From the NCBI GenBank assembly GCA_963701965.1, contig OY969695.1:672001-736000 (forward strand): a stretch of 64,000 nt of DNA, given 5' to 3'. The translations under genes were made by a program, and so were the position numbers. Positions 47,346 to 57,020 of this stretch are shown here, in pieces. Position 1 is the stretch's first letter. Each line of letters starts with the position of its first letter. This DNA comes from an uncultured Gemmatimonadales bacterium. Its GTDB lineage: Bacteria; Gemmatimonadota; Gemmatimonadetes; Gemmatimonadales; Gemmatimonadaceae. Below the pieces are notes generated by a model. It did not search any database, had not been told where the DNA came from, and saw nothing but the letters and a program-made list of their open reading frames with translations.

Positions 47346-47633
47346 ATGAAGCTCGTGAGTGTGCGCGATCTGCGGAACCGTCCCGGCGTTGTGCAAGACG
47401 TGGTTGCCGAACAGTCGGTGGCCCTGACGTCAAACGGAAAACCATTCGCGCTCGTGATTGGCATCGATGCCGACGAGGACCTCACTGAGGTCGAGGCGGC
47501 GGTGCGGGCCGCGCGGGCCCAGCTCGCCGTGTCCCGGCTCCGCCGCCGCGCCGCCCGCACGGGGTCCGATCGCCTGACCCTCGCCGAGATCAATGCGGAG
47601 ATCGACGCGGCGCGCCGCGAGCGGAGGCAATAG
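47346..47633 (+). CDS. Phd/YefM family antitoxin
   Basis: MKLVSVRDLRN, LTSNGKPFAL, LTLAEINAEIDAAR. Confidence 0.88.
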   Translation: MKLVSVRDLRNRPGVVQDVVAEQSVALTSNGKPFALVIGIDADEDLTEVEAAVRAARAQLAVSRLRRRAARTGSDRLTLAEINAEIDAARRERRQ

Positions 47634-47638
47634 CATCG

Positions 47639-48076
47639 GTGACTAGCGTTGGGCCCGTCCGCGTCGCCGTCGACACGAACGTCCTCGTCTCCGGCCTATT
47701 GCGGGCAGACGGGCCACCCGGGCGCATCGTTGAGCTGGTGGCGATCGGGCGCATCTCGACACTGTACGACGACCGGATCATCGACGAGTACCAAGACGTG
47801 CTGCGCCGTCCACGCTTCGACTTCGGCGCGAGGGCGGTTGACGCAATCGTTTCACAGATCCGCGGCGGCGGCGAACCCGTTGTGGCCGAACCGCTCGCGT
47901 TGGTGTTGCCCGATCCCGATGACATGCCATTTCTCGAGGTCGCGGCGACCGGCGCGGCCAGTGTCCTCATCACCGGCAACGCATCGCACTTCAAACCGTC
48001 CACAGGGACCCACCGCGTGCCGATCATTTCGCCCCGTGACTTTCTCGCGAAGTGGCCAGGTCAGGAGATCCGATAA
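47639..48076 (+). CDS. PIN-domain (VapC-like) toxin
   Basis: VDTNVLVSGL, EY..VL.RP, PDPDD..FLE.A, LITGN..HF. Confidence 0.92.
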   Translation: MTSVGPVRVAVDTNVLVSGLLRADGPPGRIVELVAIGRISTLYDDRIIDEYQDVLRRPRFDFGARAVDAIVSQIRGGGEPVVAEPLALVLPDPDDMPFLEVAATGAASVLITGNASHFKPSTGTHRVPIISPRDFLAKWPGQEIR

Positions 48077-48293
48077 TGGCGATTGGGGTTGATCCACTCG
48101 ACACGTGATCACACCCACTCCCGCCGTGGCAGCGGACCGCCCAATCGACGTCATGATCTCGTCGAACGCTTTCGGATCCGAGACGGGCACGGTCACACGC
48201 GCCGGACGTTGTGCCGGTCTCCGCCCGCCTCGACGACGACAATGGCCCGGAGATCGCTCTCCGGGCCATTGCGTTTTCAGGCCGAGACCGGCG

Positions 48294-49796
48294 CTATGAG
48301 CAAACCGGCGCGAAGTGCATATCCCGCTGCTGTTGTTCGATATGCGGGATGTTCTCTTGCAATGTATGCAGGTCCGTTCCGACGTCCGTATAGTGCTCCC
48401 AGGTCGTCAGGTCCACCATGATGAGACCATAGTCGCGGATCGCGGTGATCTGGTCGCCGGTGCCATCGTCCGTGAGTGAAGGGATCATTTCCTTCATCAG
48501 GAGATCGCGAACGTGCACATAGTCGGTCGCCGCGAGCGGCAGCGCGCTGGAGAGCCGACCGACGACCGTGCGCACGTTGTCCACGATCAATGCCGCCTTC
48601 GCGTAATTGCCGATGCCGAGATACGCCCGCGCGAGCAGGAACTGCAATTCGACATTGCGGATGATCGGTATCGGGGTCGACAAGCCGAGGTTGTTCAAGT
48701 ATGCGTAGCTCGACGCGCTTTCGTGACCGGTCAATGTTGGCAGCGCCGGCGCCTGAGCGAACTTCGCCAGGAATCGCTGGTCATGCAGCGTATCGATCTG
48801 TTGCACCGCGGTTTCCATCGCGAAGTCCGCCGCCCCGATGTTGAAGATTGGATTCGGGAGATCGTTCGCGGCGCTCGAGTACGAGTGGAACACGCCAATA
48901 TCGTTGAAGTTTACCGCTTCCGCGGCAGTGAGCGTCGGCGAGTACAGGCTGGATGCCGTGATATCAATGATCGCCGAGTCGAGCTGATTCATGTCCGGTG
49001 CGCCAGCGGACGTCGGCGTTGGGCGGGTCCCGCCGGGTCCATTCGCGACCGCGTATGCGAGCTCGACACGCGAGCGTCCGCGGAGCGCGAGCACAAAGTT
49101 CATCCAACCGCCGGCGGTATTGCCGATCGCGGCGAAGCCCGGCGGAACCTGCAACGCAGCGAAGGCCGAGCCGGGCATACCCATGACGGTATTCGGCCCG
49201 GCGGCCGTAAACTGTACTTGCGCCGTGTCGAGCATCGCGATGATCGCGCGCCAGGCATCCCTGGCGCAGACAATCGGTGCGAGATTACCGCCGGAGGTCG
49301 GTCCACCCACGTTGTCGATCGCAATGCCGACCGTGTCGTGCGACAACAAGACGTACATGTAGTTGACGGCTTTCCACGTTTCCATGGCGCCCTGGAGGGC
49401 CTTCATGTTCGCCGTCGGGATGGCGGCCCCCGCATTGGTGAGCGTCGGCAGCACGCCGATGACGGAGTCTGCATTTTTGATGGCCTCGTACTCCTCATTC
49501 CACGTATCCGCGCCGAAGTTGTCGTCATCGAGCGGGTTGACACCGGTGTACTCGGTGACGAAGCGCCCATCGGATGGCGTATAGTACGCCGAGTTCCGGG
49601 CGAACCCGTCCGTCTCCTCTTTGAAGAAAATCAGATTGGTTCGGGTTTGGCTGAACGCACCGGTGATCTCGTTTTGCAGCGCGGAGACAGAGTGCTGGAA
49701 TCCCGTTGGGACGTTGAAGTCGGGCACGAGCGCTTCGTTGCAGGCTGCCAGCGCCGTACCCGCGGCGAGCACCGCCACTGTGTGATATATGCGCAT
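48294..49796 (-). CDS. SusD/RagB family outer-membrane lipoprotein
   Basis: Lipobox ALAA-C; PIPIIRNVELQFLLARA, IVDNVR; directly downstream of susC. Confidence 0.85.
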   Translation of the reverse strand: MRIYHTVAVLAAGTALAACNEALVPDFNVPTGFQHSVSALQNEITGAFSQTRTNLIFFKEETDGFARNSAYYTPSDGRFVTEYTGVNPLDDDNFGADTWNEEYEAIKNADSVIGVLPTLTNAGAAIPTANMKALQGAMETWKAVNYMYVLLSHDTVGIAIDNVGGPTSGGNLAPIVCARDAWRAIIAMLDTAQVQFTAAGPNTVMGMPGSAFAALQVPPGFAAIGNTAGGWMNFVLALRGRSRVELAYAVANGPGGTRPTPTSAGAPDMNQLDSAIIDITASSLYSPTLTAAEAVNFNDIGVFHSYSSAANDLPNPIFNIGAADFAMETAVQQIDTLHDQRFLAKFAQAPALPTLTGHESASSYAYLNNLGLSTPIPIIRNVELQFLLARAYLGIGNYAKAALIVDNVRTVVGRLSSALPLAATDYVHVRDLLMKEMIPSLTDDGTGDQITAIRDYGLIMVDLTTWEHYTDVGTDLHTLQENIPHIEQQQRDMHFAPVCS

Positions 49797-49799
49797 GGA

Positions 49800-52776
49800 T
49801 CAGAATCCCAGGTCGAGGGCGACGAAGTAGCTGCGGGTCGGCGGGAACGGTGTCACATCCTGTCCGCGCCCGAACTGTACGGTGCCGAAGTTCGAGACTT
49901 CGGGGTCGAGGCCCGGGTAGTTGGTCCACGTGATCAGGTTGCGGCCCGTCACGATGAGGCTCGCGTGCTGCAGATAGCCGTGCCCTATCCCACGGACGAA
50001 CCGCTGCGGCAGGTCCCATTTCCCGGTCAGCTCGCGCAGCTTGAGGAACGACGCGTGCTGGACGTACGGGGACTGGCCATTTTGCGCCGCGTTGACACGC
50101 GCCTTCGAGGCTGCCGTATCCGCGAGGTTGCCTTGGATGCCGGCGATGCCAAAGGCGTAGTCCCAGTACTGCTGCGTCAGGTCATCGACCGCCATGCCGT
50201 CGCGCCAGTCGAAGAACACGTGGAGATGGAACGGCCCGTAATTCAGATCGTTGCCGAAACCGACCGTGAGCGCCGGCGCGACGTTGCCCACCTGCACCAG
50301 CGTCCCCGAGGCCGCCGACGACGCCGTGTAGCCGTAGATCGCGTTTGCTGACGCGCCCGGTTGAATGATGTAGCCTCCGAACGGCTGGTAGCCAAAGAAG
50401 CTGCCCGCCTCGAACGCCGGGATCGGAAGGTTGTCCACGCGGTCATAGACACGCGAGTACGCCGCGCTGGTGCTCCATGAGAACTTGCCTGCCTGAATTG
50501 GCGTCGCGTTCAGCGACAGCTCGAGACCCTGGTTGGTGATCTGGCCGCCGTTCACCCATGCCGAGGCATATCCAACGGAGGGAAGCACATTCTCTTGCAG
50601 CAGCAGGTTCGTGACGCGCTTCTGGAAGACCGTTGCGTTGAGCGCCATCCGCCCCCTGAACATGGTCAGATCGGCGCCGGTCTCGATGCTGGTGTTGGTC
50701 TCCGGACGAATGTTCGGATCGCCCAGGACTGTCCCGAACCCGGTACTCGGAATGGCGTCGTAGTTCGTCACCTTCGCCGCGTCGAATTTCGCGCCATAGA
50801 TCGGCAGCGTACCAGCCTGGCCGTACGCCGCGCGGATCTTGAGCTCATTGTCGCCCGTCAACACGCGGAACGAGCCCGCGATCTTCGGATACAGATAGAA
50901 CTTGTTGACGTTGCCGTTGTTCGAGCTCCGCTCGGCGTTGATGCCGCCGGTGAGGGCCAGTCGCTCGTTAAAGACCAACACCTGCTCCTGTGCGTAGTAG
51001 CCGGCGTCGTTCGATTCCGTCTGCTGATAGTACGGGGTGATCAGCGCCCCATTGGTGAACGCGTACGCGCCGGCCGGCAGGCCAGTGGCATTGTCGGCGG
51101 TTTGGTAGGTCGCGTCCTTGTCTCGCGTCAGACCGACCGACGTGGTCGCCGAGACCAGTGTGCTCGGCGTCCACGTGTGGATCACGCTGACCGACCAGTT
51201 CGAGAGCCGGTCGTAGCCCTGGTTACTCATGCTGACGCCGGGAGTCGGAACCAACGAGGAGTTCTCGACCTGGAGGTTCGGGGGTGCGAACAACTGCGTA
51301 TGCTCGTTCACGAAGTCGGCGCCACCGACCGCCGCGATCTCGAGGCGTTGCTTCGTCGCGGTGAAGACGTTCCACGTCGCGGTTCCGCCGAGCGTGGTCC
51401 GGTTCACTTCGTCCGGCGTCTGCATGTATAGCGCATCCTGGAAAGCATTGGCCGGGGCCCCACGGATTATTCACGAATCCGCCGCCCTGATGGCAGCTCA
51501 TGCAGAAGAACGATGGCGTATAGGACAGCACGTCATACCCCGCGATACCGAGGTTGTCGTTGCCGTTGACACCGGTGCGGGTCAGCGACGAGGTATAGGC
51601 GAGGTTCGCCGCCACGCTGATCGTCGAGAACAGGATCTGGTTCACACTGGCGCGGGCTGACTGCTTGTTGTATCCGGTGTTGAGCTGCGCGCCGTTGTCA
51701 TATTTGGTGAGACCCGACAGGAAGTAGGTGGTCGTCGGCGTGCCTCCCCGCACGGTCAGATCGGTCTCGTTCGAGAGCTGCCTGTTCCCGTACAGCGACC
51801 CTTGCAAGTCGCAGTAGCCATTGCACGCATCATAGTTCGCCAATACCTCCGCCTTGCTCATCCCAATGGCGCCGCCCATGGCGTCTGCTTGGTCCAAGGT
51901 GAAGTGCCGCGCGTCGAACTCGTGTTCCAGCTCGTAGTGGCCGACCCTTTCGGTTGCATCGATCTCGGGCTTGGAGACGTTGCCCTTCTTGGTCGTGATC
52001 ACCACCACGCCGGCGGCCGCGCGGCTGCCGTAGATCGAGGCCGCCGCCGCGCCTTCCAGTACCTGCATCGACTCGATGTCGTTCGGGTTCAGGTCTGCGA
52101 TGCGGTTGATCGACTGGTCCTGCGTGCTCGGCTTTCCGTTTCTGCCGTTCGCGTTGGTCAGGTTGTTCAAGCCGGTCTGAAACACCGCGTCGGAGACCAA
52201 GACGCCGTCAACGACGAAGAGCGGTTCGGTATTGCCGTTGATCGACGTGACGCCGCGGACGTTGACCTGCAAGCCGCCACCAGGGGCGCCGGAGTTCTGA
52301 TCGATCTGTACGCCCGGGACCTTCCCTTGGAGCGCGTTTTCAATGGTCGCGGCCGGTGCCCCATTGAGCTGTTCGCTGGTCACCACCGGGTCGTACGTCG
52401 CGGCGTTCTTGCTCTGCACCGTCGTCGCCACGCCCGTGATCACCTCTTGCTCGAGGTGCAGCACGTCCTGCTTGAGGGTGACCGCGTACTCCGTCTGGCC
52501 CCGTACCAGGGATATTGTGGCGGCGATGTAGCCGATCCGGCGGACTTCGATCGACTTGGCGTCGGCCGGAATGTTGCGGAGTGCGAATCGGCCGCTATCC
52601 GAGGTGATCGTGCCGAGGACGGTTCCCGTCACGGTAATCCGGACCGCGGGAATTGGAAACTTGCCGTCCAGATCAGTGACTTGTCCTGTGATACGCTGCG
52701 TTTCTTGGCCAGACGCGCTCCGCACAAGGGCAAGCGCAAGCGCTACGGCCGTCGCGATAGACGAACGTACTCTCAA
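49800..52776 (-). pseudogene. SusC/RagA TonB-dependent receptor split by a +1 frameshift at ~51454-51461
   Basis: Plug motifs LQGKVPG, SGAPGGG, PLFVVDG, DLNPNDIES..L.GAAAASIYGSRAAAGVVVITTK; barrel GNPNI-like GDPNIRPE, GRNL.TWTNYPGLDPE, C-terminal F; removing one base from GGGGCCCC joins the two ORFs (WGPANAFQDALYMQ); may be a sequencing error. Confidence 0.88.
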
Positions 52777-52969
52777 GGTGCCTCCGGCAGATTGTGTGGT
52801 GAGGATCGTGCGGTGGCCGGCACGAGGCTCGGCGACTCTAGAACAACGGACGTTCGATGAGGATGTGGACCTCCGGCGTGAGGAACGCGACTCGTTCGAT
52901 GCTTATAGTCGTCGGAGACAGCCGGGTTTGGACATCGAGGTCAGTGTGCATGCGGACAGGGGATGTGTA

Positions 52970-53002
52970 TTCCAACCTTTTCGGCATCCGGGACTACCCA
53001 CT
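52970..53002 (+). promoter_or_regulatory. ECF-type promoter, copy 1
   Basis: TTCCAACCTTTT-N12-CTACCCACT; same motif and spacing as the copies at 54616 and 55766. Confidence 0.65.
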
Positions 53003-53039
53003 TGTGAGAGGTAGTACGGACACTTGTCGAGGAGAGCGA

Positions 53040-53285
53040 GTGAAGTATTTGCGCATGGTCTATCTTGACGAGACCAAGGCGGACGCGTTGTCCGAGGAGC
53101 AAGTGCAGGCGTTGGACGCCGCCACCCACGCCTGCCAGTACGCCCTGCGGAAGATCGGCCAGCGCATGGCGGCGGAGGCACTGCAGTCCGTTCCGGTGGT
53201 GACGACCGTGCGCTTGCGACGCGGAAGGGTGTCAATGACGGACGGGCCATTTGCCGAGACCAACGAGCAGATTGGCGGGTCCTAA
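53040..53285 (+). pseudogene. Truncated YciI/DGPF family protein
   Basis: GAGGAG RBS, KYLRMVYLDE, TTVR, TDGPFAETNEQIGG then TAA; the C-terminal third of the domain is missing. Confidence 0.8.
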
Positions 53286-54578
53286 ATGAGGCCATGCATG
53301 GCCTCGATCGCGGTGCCGCCCATCGAGCGAGACCACGTCCGGGCGATCGTGGAGGAGATTTATCGCGCGGACTCGCGTCGCGTCCTCGCGACACTCGTCG
53401 ATCTCCTGGGCGACTTTGATCGCGCCGAAGAGGCGATGCACGATGCGTTCGCGGCGGCGGTCGAACAGTGGTCGGAAGCCGGCATGCCCGCGCACCCACG
53501 GGCGTGGCTGATATCGACGGGACGGTTCAAGGCCATCGATAGCCTCCGGCGCCGCGTGCGATTCAATGCGTCGCTCGGTGAGTTCCAGCGGCGGCTGGAG
53601 CAGGAGATGGTCGACCCGGCGGCCTGGGACGACGAAAGCATTCCGGACGACCGGTTACGGCTGATCTTCACCTGTTGCCACCCCGCGCTGCCGCCGGACG
53701 CCCAGATCGCGCTGACACTGCGAGAAGTCTGCGGCCTCACCACGGAGGAGATCGCGCGAGCTTTCCTCACGGCGGTCCCAACGGTGGCCAAGCGCATCGT
53801 GCGCGCCAAGGCGAAGATCCGCGACGCCCACATTCCCTTCGAAGGGCCGTCGCCCACCGATCTTTCCGAGCGGTTGCCTACGGTCCTCCATGTGGTCTAT
53901 CTGATGTTCACGGAGGGATACGCCGCGTCGTCCGGTGCGTCACTGACGCGACCCGGTCTGACCGGCGAAGCCGTGCGCCTGGGACGGCTGTTGGCCGAAT
54001 TGCTGCCGGAACCCGAAGTGTTGGGACTCCTCGCGCTGATGCTGCTCCAGGAATCGCGCCGCTGCGCACGGGTCTCGCCCGACGGCGATCTGGTCTTGCT
54101 TCAGGATCAGGATCGCTCGCTCTGGAACAGGGATCTCATTGATGAAGGCGTGGCCCTGGTGGACCGGGCGCTCGCGTCGGATCCGGTAGGCCCTTATACG
54201 TTGCAGGCTGCGATCGCCACGGTGCATGCGGCGGCACCTAGCGCGGCCGCCACAGACTGGGAACAGATCGTGGGACTGTACGATCTGTTGCAGCGGGCGA
54301 GTCCGTCGCCTGTCGTAGAATTGAACCGCGCGGTGGCGATCGCCACGCGCGACACCCCGATCGCCGGTCTCAGACTCATCGATGCGATTCTGGTGCGCCG
54401 GGAACTCAAAGGCTATTACCTCGCCCACGCGGCGCGGGCCGACCTGTGCCGGCGACTCGGAAGGAGAGCGGAGGCCCGCGCGTCGTACGCGACGGCGCTC
54501 CGCCTGGCACGGGCCGAACCAGTACGGCGGTGTCTGGCAAAACGATTGAGTGCCTTGGCGGAAGGGGACCCCAGCTGA
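53286..54578 (+). CDS. ECF42-type RNA polymerase sigma factor with C-terminal TPR extension
   Basis: GDFDRAEEA, PRAWL, DDRLRLIFTCCHPAL, GLTTEEIARAFL, RIVRAK.KI, QDRSLW, GPY.LQAAIA, TDW.QI, SPVVELNRAVA; DGPF gene upstream. Confidence 0.92.
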   Translation: MRPCMASIAVPPIERDHVRAIVEEIYRADSRRVLATLVDLLGDFDRAEEAMHDAFAAAVEQWSEAGMPAHPRAWLISTGRFKAIDSLRRRVRFNASLGEFQRRLEQEMVDPAAWDDESIPDDRLRLIFTCCHPALPPDAQIALTLREVCGLTTEEIARAFLTAVPTVAKRIVRAKAKIRDAHIPFEGPSPTDLSERLPTVLHVVYLMFTEGYAASSGASLTRPGLTGEAVRLGRLLAELLPEPEVLGLLALMLLQESRRCARVSPDGDLVLLQDQDRSLWNRDLIDEGVALVDRALASDPVGPYTLQAAIATVHAAAPSAAATDWEQIVGLYDLLQRASPSPVVELNRAVAIATRDTPIAGLRLIDAILVRRELKGYYLAHAARADLCRRLGRRAEARASYATALRLARAEPVRRCLAKRLSALAEGDPS

Positions 54579-54615
54579 CCCGGTACCGACGCCGCGCGAG
54601 GACGAGAGGGCCCCG

Positions 54616-54648
54616 TTCCAACCATTTGGCGATCGAACGCTACTCACT
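54616..54648 (+). promoter_or_regulatory. ECF-type promoter, copy 2 (probably autoregulatory)
   Basis: TTCCAACCATTT-N12-CTACTCACT, 26 nt upstream of the sigma factor start. Confidence 0.7.
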
Positions 54649-54674
54649 ATGATGGTTTACCGTCCATTCATGCC

Positions 54675-55208
54675 GTGGCGCTCGGACCCGAACAGGACTC
54701 CGTGACGGACGATCTCGCGCTCGTTCAGCGGTTTCTTCGGACGCGCGGCGAAGACGCATTTGACGCGCTGTATGAGGCACACACGCCGGCGCTGTATGCG
54801 CTGGCAATGCGCCTCACGGGCGGCGATCAGAGCGAAGCGGAGGATCTCGTGCAGGAAAGCTGGGTCCGCGCCGTGCGGGCCTTGTCATCGTTCCACGCGA
54901 AGGCCGCGCTGCGCTCCTGGTTGTGTGGAGTGCTGGTGAATGTCCGGGGGGCGCGTATGCGGGCCGACTGGCGCACGGTCGACGCACCCGGCCTGGACCC
55001 GGTCGCGCATAGCAATGGCCCCGATGACACGCTCGACCTGGAGCGCGCGATCGGCACGCTGCCGGAGGGGGCCCGGGACGTGTTCGTGCTCCACGATGTC
55101 TATGGGTATACGCACCGAGAGATCGCCGAGATGCTGAGCATTGTAGAGGGGACGTCGAAAAGCCAGCTCACCCGTGCGCGGGCCCTGCTCCGGAGGTGGT
55201 TGTCATGA
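54675..55208 (+). CDS. ECF RNA polymerase sigma factor
   Basis: EAEDLVQE, LRSWL, LERAI..LPEGAR.VFVLHDV.GYTHREIAEML.I.EGTSKSQL.RAR. Confidence 0.93.
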   Translation: MALGPEQDSVTDDLALVQRFLRTRGEDAFDALYEAHTPALYALAMRLTGGDQSEAEDLVQESWVRAVRALSSFHAKAALRSWLCGVLVNVRGARMRADWRTVDAPGLDPVAHSNGPDDTLDLERAIGTLPEGARDVFVLHDVYGYTHREIAEMLSIVEGTSKSQLTRARALLRRWLS

Positions 55209-55663
55209 GGGAGCTGCCGTGGGAACGACCGCTGGACCCCGCGCTGAAACAGCGCGTCGTGTCGACGCTCGTCGCAGCGGGTCTCGTCCGTCGCCGGCGC
55301 GCGTGGCGCGTCTGGGTGGCGGCGGCCGCCGCGGTGGTCGTGGTCACGATCGCTATGTCGGTCTTTCGCCCTCGGCATCCGCTGACGCCACGCAGCACAT
55401 ACGTGCTCCTGCTCGATGAAGACTCGACGTACCACCCTGCCCCGCAGGGCCGTAACGGCGAGCGGGTCGCCGAGTTGGCGCGCTGGGCGGACTCTCTCGA
55501 CGCGGCCGGGAAGTTCGAGCGCGCCGGTCGGCTCGTCGGCCCTGGGTCGATCGGCGGGATGTTCATGGTACGGGCGGCTGACGACTCGGACGCGGAACGT
55601 ATCGCGGCCACATGCCCCTTCACGCAGCATGGGGGGCGCATCGTGATCAAACGGTTCGAATGA
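55205..55663 (+). CDS. Putative anti-sigma factor: single TM plus YciI-like C-terminal domain
   Basis: ATGA overlap with the sigma gene; TM after RRRR; YVLLL, WADSL...G, IGGMFMVRAAD...A..IA..CP....GG.I. Confidence 0.78.
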   Translation: MRELPWERPLDPALKQRVVSTLVAAGLVRRRRAWRVWVAAAAAVVVVTIAMSVFRPRHPLTPRSTYVLLLDEDSTYHPAPQGRNGERVAELARWADSLDAAGKFERAGRLVGPGSIGGMFMVRAADDSDAERIAATCPFTQHGGRIVIKRFE

Positions 55664-55765
55664 GCTAGCGGCTCGGGCGCATGGCCCGCGCGCACCCGAT
55701 GTCGGCGTACGATGTTGGACGTCGGTGAACCGTAGCGGTCCCTGCCACGCGAAGCGAAAGACGTA

Positions 55766-55798
55766 TTGCAACCTTTTCCGCATTCGCGGGCACTCATT
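55766..55798 (+). promoter_or_regulatory. ECF-type promoter, copy 3
   Basis: TTGCAACCTTTT-N12-GCACTCATT. Confidence 0.65.
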
Positions 55799-55865
55799 CC
55801 CGAGCGGCGCTCGTTACTGCGAAGGGCGCGCCGTGGGCGAAGTCGGATCACACAGGAGACACTCA

Positions 55866-56579
55866 ATGCTCCGAAGCACAGCTAAAGCGATCGCATGGAG
55901 ACCGGTGGTGTTGGTCGCCGCGTTCGGCGCCGCGTGGCCGATTCAGGCACAGGACACAAAGATGCAGGATACGAACTCACCCTACCCCAGCATGGCTCCG
56001 ATCGCGCAATACCGGATGGACCGTGATGCAGAGATCGCGCTGGCGCGCACGGCGGCCCCGGCGTCGATCACGGGCGATGCCGAGATTTTCGTGATGGGAC
56101 AGAAGAACTTCGAAGTCGCCGTCCAGGGCAAGAACGGTTTCGTCTGTCTGGTGGGCAGAGCGTTTGCGGGGCCAGTGAACAACCCGGAGTTTTGGAATCC
56201 GAAGAATCGGAGCCCCGTATGCCTCAATCCGCCTGCCGCGCGGTCCCTCATGCCTTATGCTATGAAACAGACCGGGATGGCATTGGCTGGCGCCTCGAAA
56301 GCCCAAATCACCGAGGCGATCAGGACCGCGGTCGCCAAGAAAGAGCTGGGTGCTCCGGAGTCGGGTTCCATGGAATACATGATGTCCAAGGAAGCGTACC
56401 TGACCGATCGGGCCGGCCATAATCTGGCCCACGTGATGTTTGAACTTCCACGCAACGGCGTATTGCAGGACGACCCGAACTTTTTTGTGTCCTGGGATCC
56501 AGCCCCAGTGATCGAGTTTAACGTTCCCGTGGGTCATTGGTCGGACGGATCGGATATCACCGCGTCGAATACCCACTGA
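55866..56579 (+). CDS. Secreted hypothetical protein
   Basis: AGGAG RBS; signal peptide (..PIQA-Q); EIALARTAAP, GKNGFVCLV.R, FWNP..R.P.C.N, YMMSK, H.MF. Confidence 0.85.
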   Translation: MLRSTAKAIAWRPVVLVAAFGAAWPIQAQDTKMQDTNSPYPSMAPIAQYRMDRDAEIALARTAAPASITGDAEIFVMGQKNFEVAVQGKNGFVCLVGRAFAGPVNNPEFWNPKNRSPVCLNPPAARSLMPYAMKQTGMALAGASKAQITEAIRTAVAKKELGAPESGSMEYMMSKEAYLTDRAGHNLAHVMFELPRNGVLQDDPNFFVSWDPAPVIEFNVPVGHWSDGSDITASNTH

Positions 56580-56600
56580 CGCGCGTTCTGCACACGGTTT

Positions 56601-56628
56601 CGCCCACCCGGACCCGGGTGGGCGTTTT
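56601..56628 (+). terminator. Rho-independent terminator
   Basis: CGCCCACCCG-GACC-CGGGTGGGCG followed by TTTT, 21 nt after the stop codon. Confidence 0.8.
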
Positions 56629-57020
56629 CGTATCCATGCGCGCCGATGCCCCTTTCGTCGTGCAGTGGCCAGGTTCGGAGATCCGATCGTCGCTACTGGG
56701 ATTGATAGACTCGATACGTGATCCCGCCTCATCCAGCCGCGGCCGCGGACCACCCAATCGACTACAGCATTGTGTCCAGCGCGTTCGGATCGGAGACCGG
56801 AGGTCGCCAAGCCGAACGGACAACCACTGTCACCATTCGACGGTGAAGCCTCTCCGGTGGGAACCGGAACGCGCGCCGCACGGCCGACCCGAATCTCGGT
56901 AACCACTCTCACCTGCGCGATGGTGCGGGTGGGACACAGCGCCGGAGTTCCGCGCCTCGCCCCGGCGAACGGACGCCCCTTCTCCGCTAGAAGGGTGATC
57001 AGCCGTTATCGTTCAACGTT

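Noticed and set aside
48083..48299. Short ORFs between the PIN toxin and susD
   Set aside because: No RBS or motif, and they run into the susD 3' end
56630..57020. ncRNA/riboswitch or small CDS in this gap, and in 34310-34600 and 58690-59000
   Set aside because: No recognisable riboswitch consensus, RBS-start pair or protein motif
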